Source: an uncultured virus (IMG/VR IMGVR_UViG_3300036770_008353) (Duplodnaviria > Heunggongvirae > Uroviricota > Caudoviricetes). Taken from it: 64,000 nucleotides of DNA. The position numbers and the translations under genes were made by a program. The notes under the pieces were generated by a model, which searched no databases, was not told where the DNA came from, and saw only the letters and a list, made by a program, of their open reading frames with translations. The stretch is from IMG/VR virus record IMGVR_UViG_3300036770_008353, one strand, 5' to 3'. Position 1 is the stretch's first letter. Each line of letters opens with the position of its first letter. Below, piece by piece: positions 26,431-35,200 of the stretch.

Positions 26431-27027
26431 TTAGCCACCAAGCGTTTCCTTCTCGTGCTTTGTTGCAAGATAATCAGCCGTCTGAACAACGCTCACGAGG
26501 GTTCCTTCCTTTAGACAATATGCCTTGTTTTCCTGAAGGACCCAACCGTCGTTGAGCATGATGGCAAGCCATTCATCCTGGGTGAGCTTCAGACCAAAGT
26601 GTTGGCACAACCAGACACCGCGGTGTGGGACGGTCATGTACTTGATGTCCTTGTTGTGTTTGTACATCTCACCGAGCTTGTCGCGGTGCCAGTCCGAATC
26701 CTGTGGAAGGTAGTATTCTTGCTCTAGGTCACCGAGCTTGCCGATGTCGTGAAAGAGACAAGCGATGATGAGAGAATCCTTGGGAAGATTGTACTCAAAA
26801 GCCTTGCACAGCTTCATTGCATTGCCGAGGACCCGAAGGGAGTGGTCCACCAGACCGCCTGGTTCTGCAAGGTGATATTCCTTACGGCCCGAGGCTGGAC
26901 ATAAAGCTAATCTTTCTGCAAAGTGATCGACGAGCGCGAGGGCAGCCGTTGATCTATCGGCTAGCCTTTCGCAAAGTGAACGAAACTTATCAAAATTTGC
27001 AGCGATCTCTTCGGGACTTAATGACAT
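26431..27027 (-). CDS. HD-domain phosphohydrolase (YhaM-like HD)
   Basis: CPAS...YH...GGLVDHSLRV, LFHDIGK, QTAD. Confidence 0.85.
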   Translation of the reverse strand: MSLSPEEIAANFDKFRSLCERLADRSTAALALVDHFAERLALCPASGRKEYHLAEPGGLVDHSLRVLGNAMKLCKAFEYNLPKDSLIIACLFHDIGKLGDLEQEYYLPQDSDWHRDKLGEMYKHNKDIKYMTVPHRGVWLCQHFGLKLTQDEWLAIMLNDGWVLQENKAYCLKEGTLVSVVQTADYLATKHEKETLGG

Positions 27028-27069
27028 AATTCCCATTTTAACATGGAAATGGGGTCATTGTTCAATCAG

Positions 27070-27342
27070 TCAAATTCCGTGTTGTTTTCTTAGCTGGGCT
27101 GCGAGCGATGTCAGGTCCTGTGCCTTGTTTACTGATCGTGTATTTAAATCAGCGTTTTTCTCGTTTGCCCACGCATAAACAGCAGAAATAACGCTGGCGA
27201 CGCTATATCTCTTGTACTTGACAAAGTTGTCCAGGACATTCGACACGTCACTCTTGATGGTCTCTAGGTTGGCGTCAGACTCGGCAAGATTTTGTATTTC
27301 TTCTTTGATCAATCTTCGAAGCGCTGCGTGTGTAAGTTTCAT
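27070..27342 (-). CDS. Hypothetical protein with N-terminal MKLTHAALRRLIKEE motif
   Basis: 90-aa ORF preceded by ATAATTA. Confidence 0.65.
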   Translation of the reverse strand: MKLTHAALRRLIKEEIQNLAESDANLETIKSDVSNVLDNFVKYKRYSVASVISAVYAWANEKNADLNTRSVNKAQDLTSLAAQLRKQHGI

Positions 27343-27351
27343 GAAGTTTAA

Positions 27352-28584
27352 TTATCCAATAACCTCTGGCTTTATGGAAAAGCCATGATCATAGCCTGAA
27401 ATGTTTATAGATGTAATGGATTCCACGTCACGTAATCTATCAGGTCGAACATCAAGGATAAGGGCATCGTGAAGAACGAAAAGCGGACGAATGCCGTCAG
27501 AGCCTAACGCCTCTGTGATCTTAGAGAATCCCAGCAAAGAAATGTCCGCACCCGTGCTTTGAGCGTATGTGTTGACAAGAAGATAATCAGAATTTTTTGA
27601 ATCGATGAACAGAGGCCTACCAAACTTGTTGGTAATGTTACCTTTTTTTTCGAACTCTTCTTTTAAGCGTGCTTTCAGGATTGCCGTTTTGAAGTAGGAT
27701 TTGATCGACTTTATGAAAACGTCAAGGTCAGCTGACGGCATGTTCAACCTGTGATCCAAAGAAGCACGAGAAGCCCCATACAATTCACTCAACACGGCCA
27801 CCTTGATGATGGATCTTTCAACCCTGCCTTCAAAAAGATCTTTGGAAATCTGTGTGTAGATGTCGCTAGAGGTAGGCTGATGACCGGCTTCAAAAAGAAG
27901 GACACGGGCCTCGAGGGCTGCGAAATCGAGTGAAACTATGCGTCCGTCTTGGTAATAAGACTTTATGATCTTTTTATGCTCTTTTTTCAACGTCAAGATC
28001 TGTGGACCTGACTCAACGGTCAACCTTCCGGTACGCGTTCCAAAACGATCATACACCACCTGAGAAGCGTATCCTCCCGACGATGGTTTGAAGGTCTCCA
28101 ATGCACCGTTTCCATGCCCTTCGGCGTCAATGATGCTTTTGTATGTCGATGTGTCGATCTTGGCCGGTCGCAACCTGCGAAATATAGCACCGCATGGATG
28201 CCACGTGTTTCTATAATATTCTTGAGAAATGTCTTTTGATTTGGCAATGACAGATTTTATTAGATTTTTTACATGAAGCTTGTATTGACTCGGCGGCAGA
28301 ACCTTTGACCATGGAACATCCTCAACACAGCCGACGGATGCCATCATGTTCTTCCATCTTTGATCAGGTTGAGAATTGAACCAGACACCATGGAGCTTCA
28401 GTAATGTGTCTAAGCAAAGATGATCATCGTTTCTAAAATGTCCAGAGAGCAACCAGCAGTCGTGAGGAGGCATGGTGCTAAGGCTGATGCCATCAGAGTC
28501 GATCGTCATGTGATGATCGGAACCAAGAACCCCTGCAGAAATACAAAACCTGTCTATGGACATCGTATCATCATGATGTATCAT
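27352..28584 (-). CDS. Minimal family-A DNA polymerase (polymerase domain only)
   Basis: TRTGRL, motif A SLDFAALEARVL, motif B RSIIKVAVLSELYG, NTYAQSTGAD, motif C LHDALILDV; exact start uncertain. Confidence 0.85.
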   Translation of the reverse strand: MIHHDDTMSIDRFCISAGVLGSDHHMTIDSDGISLSTMPPHDCWLLSGHFRNDDHLCLDTLLKLHGVWFNSQPDQRWKNMMASVGCVEDVPWSKVLPPSQYKLHVKNLIKSVIAKSKDISQEYYRNTWHPCGAIFRRLRPAKIDTSTYKSIIDAEGHGNGALETFKPSSGGYASQVVYDRFGTRTGRLTVESGPQILTLKKEHKKIIKSYYQDGRIVSLDFAALEARVLLFEAGHQPTSSDIYTQISKDLFEGRVERSIIKVAVLSELYGASRASLDHRLNMPSADLDVFIKSIKSYFKTAILKARLKEEFEKKGNITNKFGRPLFIDSKNSDYLLVNTYAQSTGADISLLGFSKITEALGSDGIRPLFVLHDALILDVRPDRLRDVESITSINISGYDHGFSIKPEVIG

Positions 28585-28604
28585 ACCATGACCGTAGTTT
28601 TCAT

Positions 28605-31600
28605 TTATTTGCCATTTGGAGGAATTTTATTTTGCTTAGACTGTCTTTGCTCTGTGAAAATTTCAGGAGGTTCATTCGATGATGTGTCGGTCGGCGTCGT
28701 TCCTGGGTTCGTAGAACCCGCGACCTGCTTCATCAAATCTCCCATGGTTTCAGCTCCATAGAACTTACCATATCCATCGGAGTAACCAAAGGTCCAGCTG
28801 GTATCGAACTTCCCAGGAGAGAAGTTGTGGACGATCTGCGTGACCCTGTACGTCGTGTCGATGGAGGTTCCCGTACCGAAGTTAACAAAGAATTCTTGGT
28901 AAAGCTCGGCGATCGGACAGCCCATGGAATTCATCGTCAATTGTGCAGGCAAAAATCTCATCGGAAGATTGTTCTCAGCCATCGTCAAGCCGTTAGGAGA
29001 AGGCTGTGTGTCGACCTTAAAGGTCGTCCCAAGCATCGCCATAGAACCTGCGACGCCGTCGACCTTCGATGCCAGCGTCGCGTTGCTTATCATGGTGCCA
29101 TTGGTCGCAAAATCAATCGTTGGAATGATGCTTTGAACCAACTGAAGAAGGGCGTCCTTACCGCCGGTGACGATTGCCAACCCACCAGGTAACTTGGCTG
29201 TCTTTCCTTCCATGGTGGCGGTAGACTGCTGGCTCTGTCTCCAGTCCAAATAAGCCTGTTTTTCTTGGTCGGTTCCATAGACGACGTAGCTTCCGTCTTC
29301 TTGCTTGATCAGGTTCTGCTTCAGTAAAGAGTACTGCTCAAGAGAATCGTCAAAAATATGTATTCGTTTTACCTTTCCAATATTGACATTGGGACCGCTG
29401 TTGACCGGGGCCACGGTAGAAGCTAGCGACAGCAACAGGTCAGATCTGGACGCCGGGTCTTCTCCTGCTTTCATGCAGTCGACTGCAATCGTTAGGGCAG
29501 GCAATTTCCATTCCTTGTACTTGAGGAACCACTTCGCCATCTTCGATTCAAATTCCTTCGCATCACCGTTCCACGCAACTGGTTCTGGGCTGTCCCTGTT
29601 CCAGGCGTTATAATACGTCTTCATTCCATAACCAGGCGCTCTTTTATCGCTGATGACGTACGTTGAGATGAACTCCATAAATTCGTTCAAGGTGATGACG
29701 TCACCTCCTCTTTTCAGGCAATAGAAGCCGAACTGATCGATAAAAGAATCAAAGTCTATTGGAAACTCGGCGATATTGTGAAGTGATAATGGTCCACACG
29801 ACTCGTTGAATTGATAAAAATTAATCTGAACCTCTGTTATTCCTTCTTCTTTGGCGGCTCCAAGAATGGCGGGAAGACACAGGGCACAAAAAAGCTTTCC
29901 TAACGAAACGATACGTCGTTGAAAAGTCGTCGGTGCTGTGCTTTCTTTTGCGGCGACATTTTTTCCTTGCGCAGATTTCGAAGGAGATTTTATCGGCGTG
30001 ACGGGTGAAGATAGGCCGAGCGAACCCGTCAAATCTCCTGAAATTTTCAAACTCTCCAATGTGACGATCGGCACTGCGGCCTGCTCAGGTTTCTTTTTGT
30101 CAAGCTCTTCCTGTGACAGCTGCTTGACACCGCCTTCGGGATTATTTTCAGCTGTCGGCACCTTCGACATGTCGGGCTTCTTAGGCAACCTATCCTTCTT
30201 GTCAGGTATAGGCGGAATCCTTTCATAAGTTGATCTGACAAGATCGTTGGAATAAAAAGGAATCTTTTCGGCTCCTTTGTTGAAAAATTTATCAGGCAGA
30301 GGAATGAACGGATCAGGAGAAGAACCGTCAGAGCATGATTTCAGTTTTTCTTGAACGTAAGATGAGGCAAGGTTTTTGACCTTGTTCCAGTTTTCCTCTG
30401 AAGCCAACGCCCGGATCGCCTCAACAGCCTTCAACGCTTCTGCTCTTTCGTTATCGCTAAGACCATTGTCCTTCGCTTCGATCGCGACTTTCATGTTGTC
30501 GCTGATCTCGGCTAACTCTTCTGGTTTTAAGCCAAATTCGACAGCACCGCCAGCGGCAGCGTCAAGGACCTGATACATTCGAATGTCCTTTGTTCCTTCA
30601 TTCGGTTGCCCAAAATACTTTCTTGCCTTGGATATCTTGTTGCGAATCCTTTTTAGATCTCTATGGTATTGCGACATGACGTCCTTACCCTTTAAGTCGG
30701 ATGCCAACGACTGCAGTGGCTCGTTGACTATCGACGATCCACCCTGGGTCACGAGACCTAGTTTGACCGTGACCTGACCCGTTGGATCAAAAGAAAAGCT
30801 TGAGTTCATCAGGCTGAACGCTCGCTTGACCAACATGTTCTCGTTTATGAACTGAGCGTAAACGTCTTCTGAACCTCGAGACCGAGGTGCCAACCAACCA
30901 TAAGTTATCCACGTGGTTATGTCCTTCGTGTATTTGTCTTGCCTTAAAAACTCTGAGAATTCTGCAAAACGGGCGCGGTCGTGCACCTTGAATTCAACGT
31001 CGGCATAAGTCATGGCAAACGTTCCTGCTCCGGCGTTGACCATTCTAATGCTTCCGTTCGTCAAAGTGGCAGGAGGAAGAAATGGCTGCGCAGGATTCAA
31101 TCTGACCGTGTTGGGTCCGCTGAGCGTATCCATGTTGATAAGGGTTTGTGGTGATGTAAACATCTCGGTGCCGGCGAAAACCGACGTCAAATACCTTCCA
31201 TCGTCTCCCTTCTTTTTTGTTTTGAATGGAGCGATCATGGCGAGGTCAGCAGCCGTTAACGGCATTTTCGTGACATCTATTTCTGAACCCAATAAAAAAC
31301 GAAGCAATGAGGGTCTATTTAGGAACCTGATCGAAGTTTCCCCGCGCTTTGCTCCGTCTGGTATTCTTGGAAACTCAAACTCAACCTCAAAGTACGGCAC
31401 CATCTGGGACGCGAACAGAGACGGTATCGCGTTCATGAAGAGGTCAACGGACTTAACATTTCTGCCCTTGGGATTCAACTTTGGCGACCTTAAAAGGTTG
31501 ACGGTCAAATCGATGGGAGGACCGCCCCCGCCGCCGGGAGGAGGGTCAGCGCCGCACAGCCTCGCATAAAAATCGCCCTCAAGAGGCGTCAGCTTTGGGA

Positions 31601-31949
31601 CGTCGCCGTCGCCGTCGAGATACTGCCAATAATCCTTGTTGTTCAAGACCTCTGCCTTCAGCTGGCCGGCCTTTTGATAGAACGTGTTGAAGACAAAACC
31701 TAAATCCTTTGCGAACTCAGCGTCAAAATTTTTACTGTCAGGAGTCGCATAATCGATGAGGCCTTTGATTATTTGCTCTCCTGAGCACATCTTCTCAACG
31801 TACAGCTTCTTGATCTGTTCGCCGAATTTCGCTGATGCGTCTGTCTGGCTGATTTTATCGCCCTGCTGTTGTCTCAGCTTAAATTTGTTGTCGAGCGTGC
31901 CTTCACGTAAAAAGGTATAAAACGAATTTATGTCGTTGAAATAAGACAT
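28605..31949 (-). CDS. Large putative baseplate/hub protein
   Basis: 1114 aa, follows a LysM/X-like gene; C-terminal MGCP...FFVNFGTGTSIDTTYRVTQIVHNFSPGKFDT resembles hub (gp27/D-like) ends; function inferred from position. Confidence 0.5.
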   Translation of the reverse strand: MSYFNDINSFYTFLREGTLDNKFKLRQQQGDKISQTDASAKFGEQIKKLYVEKMCSGEQIIKGLIDYATPDSKNFDAEFAKDLGFVFNTFYQKAGQLKAEVLNNKDYWQYLDGDGDVPKLTPLEGDFYARLCGADPPPGGGGGPPIDLTVNLLRSPKLNPKGRNVKSVDLFMNAIPSLFASQMVPYFEVEFEFPRIPDGAKRGETSIRFLNRPSLLRFLLGSEIDVTKMPLTAADLAMIAPFKTKKKGDDGRYLTSVFAGTEMFTSPQTLINMDTLSGPNTVRLNPAQPFLPPATLTNGSIRMVNAGAGTFAMTYADVEFKVHDRARFAEFSEFLRQDKYTKDITTWITYGWLAPRSRGSEDVYAQFINENMLVKRAFSLMNSSFSFDPTGQVTVKLGLVTQGGSSIVNEPLQSLASDLKGKDVMSQYHRDLKRIRNKISKARKYFGQPNEGTKDIRMYQVLDAAAGGAVEFGLKPEELAEISDNMKVAIEAKDNGLSDNERAEALKAVEAIRALASEENWNKVKNLASSYVQEKLKSCSDGSSPDPFIPLPDKFFNKGAEKIPFYSNDLVRSTYERIPPIPDKKDRLPKKPDMSKVPTAENNPEGGVKQLSQEELDKKKPEQAAVPIVTLESLKISGDLTGSLGLSSPVTPIKSPSKSAQGKNVAAKESTAPTTFQRRIVSLGKLFCALCLPAILGAAKEEGITEVQINFYQFNESCGPLSLHNIAEFPIDFDSFIDQFGFYCLKRGGDVITLNEFMEFISTYVISDKRAPGYGMKTYYNAWNRDSPEPVAWNGDAKEFESKMAKWFLKYKEWKLPALTIAVDCMKAGEDPASRSDLLLSLASTVAPVNSGPNVNIGKVKRIHIFDDSLEQYSLLKQNLIKQEDGSYVVYGTDQEKQAYLDWRQSQQSTATMEGKTAKLPGGLAIVTGGKDALLQLVQSIIPTIDFATNGTMISNATLASKVDGVAGSMAMLGTTFKVDTQPSPNGLTMAENNLPMRFLPAQLTMNSMGCPIAELYQEFFVNFGTGTSIDTTYRVTQIVHNFSPGKFDTSWTFGYSDGYGKFYGAETMGDLMKQVAGSTNPGTTPTDTSSNEPPEIFTEQRQSKQNKIPPNGK

Positions 31950-32248
31950 CAGGCGACCAGCCCCTCGACGGACTTGATGTCAGGCACCAATATGACTGTC
32001 CCGGGTGGAACCTGTAATCCCCATCCTATATTTGAAGCAGCGGCCAAAACCCACCAATATCTGCTGTCATTGTACAGGGCTGCCGCAAGGCTGTCAAGCC
32101 TGTCTGCCTGAGTCGTCGTCAAAGTTTTAACGATCGGAACGTCGCCTGTCTGAATCGCAGATCTAATGACGGCGATGGCGCCTGACGTCGCCAATCCTTT
32201 GCCGTCTGACGAAACCCTGTCCCTTAGGTATCTACTAAATGCTGGCAT
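31949..32248 (-). CDS. LysM / tail X-like baseplate protein
   Basis: DRLDSLAAALYNDSRYWWVLAAAS...VPPGTVILVP. Confidence 0.75.
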   Translation of the reverse strand: MPAFSRYLRDRVSSDGKGLATSGAIAVIRSAIQTGDVPIVKTLTTTQADRLDSLAAALYNDSRYWWVLAAASNIGWGLQVPPGTVILVPDIKSVEGLVA

Positions 32249-32266
32249 GCTTCCTCGTGGTAATTA

Positions 32267-35200
32267 TTATATCTCATTTTCGCTTATCAGCGTCTTTAAG
32301 TCAGCGTTGTGTGGGCCCACAGGATACACCGGTGCACGATTGTAGCCATCTGCTGCAAGTCCTGGAGATATGTCGTGTATTGGTGCGAATGCCATCGTCA
32401 CCTTGCACAGCTTCGGAGCCCTCTTGCCTTCTTTCGTCTCCCATGTGGCGCTGTACCAATCAAAACTGAGGCTTTCGATGAAGCCTGCTATGCCCTTTCC
32501 ACCGGCTGACCTGAATGACCTAGTTATGGCATTGTTTTTTTCGTTGATAAAATCTTTCACGTTGGCAACATAATCAGCATTCGCTTTCAATCCCATGCCG
32601 TTAGCTTCCTTATATTTTTTGAACGTCGAGGGTGACATTTCGAGTAAATCGCTGATTGAAACTTTAAAAAGCATGTTGTCGTCGCCAATTTTCAGCACGT
32701 TATTTAAAGGTTCACCATCTTCATCAGCCTCTAACAATGTTACTTCATACTGTCCATACGCTGCCCTTGATTTAGTGTCTTCAACGTCAGGCTCAACGAA
32801 TTTAGCTTCAATATATGACTGACCTGTCTCCTTGTCGTTAACAAGAGGATTAGTTATCTCGAGCATGAATGCTGGTGAGACGCCAAATGTATATGGATTT
32901 ATTTGTGAAGGTCTGTCTCCTGAGGCCGCTGGGTCGATTAAATTATACGTTCTGTCAGCTGGCTTGAACCTGTAACCTTGCTTGACCTTGAAAGCAGGAT
33001 CAGTGATAGTTGGAAGCTTTTGTAGATTACCGATGTCTGTCGTCGCGTTCGCGGCGGCCGCACCTTCATCAAATACCTTGCTTTTATTGGGTCCTCCAAC
33101 AGAAGCACCTGGTTCTATAACTCCAAATATCCTTGCGATGTTGAACTTTGAATAATTACTGCGGAATAGTTCGCCTAATCGAAGCCTAATCATTGGTGCA
33201 GCAGATATCTGCTGGGTAAAAGGTTTGGTGAACTGATAAGTTCCTTTTTCTTTAATTTCAACACCCAGCCTTTTGCCTTGTGTGTACTGCGGATAGACCA
33301 TCGTTGTCAATTTATTAATTTTAAGCCACATCGAATCAAAGTCAAGTTCATCGAGGGCGGCGATGATGAAAGAGATACCGATTTTTCTATTCGTGTTTTT
33401 ATAAATCTTTACCGGGTCGACGCGTCCAAAACCATCAATTGACTCATAGTTGGCCGTGTAATCATCATTTAGCGACGTCAAAAATGCATGAAAGCCTAAT
33501 ATCTCATTCGTCCTCAAGTCGTGAAAGTAAAACGGCATGAACTCTGAGTCGAATTTTTTCTCAATCTCTTCACGTTTTTCAGTCGATATCCTTGAATTAA
33601 ATGCATTGGTCGTCATTTCAAAGCGTGTGGTTGCCAAAGGATCTTCAACCAAAAGACGACCCGAACCTAAATCGTCATCAAGCGATAATTCGTGAACATT
33701 TGCAGGAAGCATCAACGCGTCGGGTGTTCTGTTCGTTGCCCACGCTAACTTGTTTGGATTGCCTAAAATAACATTTTTTGCTCGTATTCTGCTCTTGCCA
33801 TAAGCTTTTTCAGCGGCGTCGAGCTCAGAAATCTTTCTTCCTGCGTCGAGTGTGTCGATGGTGACATCGGGCCCTGTAAGGTTATTGCCTATCTGGGCAA
33901 AGATATTAATGGCCGCAAAGAAGCGTGATGTCTTCATGGTCTCAAGGACCTCAAATATCTGCTCAATGCTTGAGGCAAAATTGCCTGTTGCGATCAGCTC
34001 AACGAGATCCTTAAAGGCAAGAACGATTGCGACCGCTGACCTCACCAAGGAGCGGGCCATGACCGTGTAAAAACCTGGACTCTGCATCGTCTTCAACGGA
34101 TTCAAGTCTTCATCGACAGCAAAGAATGTTAGCATACCTTTGCGGGTGGCCTCACCAAGACCAACCCTGGTCGGCATGATTCCAAAAAAACGAAGAAGCA
34201 GGCTAGAGTCACCAATGGGTGTAAATGCACTGATGATATCGTCTGCTGAGGCAGGTCCGACGCCATTGCCATAAAAAGATCCGATACCAGGTCGTCCTGC
34301 TCCGCCTGCTTCTCTTTTTACTTGAAATCCTTCAACCTTGCCGTCACCTAAAATCAAGCTCAAGGCTCCAAAAGCCACAAGGACAGCGGCGAGCAAAGCT
34401 AGGCATGTCGCAAGCATGCCGATCGCGCTGAATCCTGAGAACTTGTCGAAGACGTTATTTATCACACCTTCAAAAGTGTTCATCAGAATCAACTCTTTGT
34501 TGTATATCTTCTTTTCATTTCCATCATCGGTGCCCAACTCTGCAATGATGTTTTCAACGTTGAGATATTCGCTGGTCAGCGGAACACCTGCACCAAATTG
34601 ACCAAGGCCGGGAGCCAAGGCGCTAAGCTGAGCCAGAGGGTCCCTGGTGTCGGTTATCGGATTACCCCCGAGAAAGTTGAGCTCGCCCGTTGCTCTCATT
34701 TGAAGAACGTTACCTATCCTTGTCAAGCGTCTAAAGTCGTAACCTCTTGCATCATCGTCGATAGGTGCAGAGACACCAAACTGAAGCTGAGACGGCGGCA
34801 TGAATCTCGCACGTTTCTCAAAGACCTCTCTTGGATCTTTGGACGAAGGATCAGAAAAAATTGAAGGAGACTCTAGCTTGGTGTGTGGTTGCAGCATTTC
34901 GTCTGGGGCGAAATTGGTCGACGCGTTGAACCTGTTCTTTTCAAGCACCTTTGAGACGTAAGGTCCAACAGGATTTCCTGGTGCGTCCCCGCCTGACTTC
35001 TTTACGTGTCCGCCGCTTAAGCCGGCGGGAGCAGGCTTTGTGGCGTCTTTCAGAAGCTTGTTGCCATCCGTTCCTGTCTTTTTGGTTTTACCTCTTTTGA
35101 AATCAGAAAGAGAGGTGACGTCGTCAGAATAGGCTGTCGGAAGATCGGAACCTTTTATGAAGAAGCCTGATTCTTTCTGCGAAGCTTGCTCGTCAGTCGC

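Noticed and set aside
26431..27027. HD hydrolase plus MazG-like enzyme as a Z-genome (DatZ/MazZ/PurZ) pathway
   Set aside because: No PurZ/PurA-like gene in the window, and the HD protein looks YhaM-like; cannot be supported
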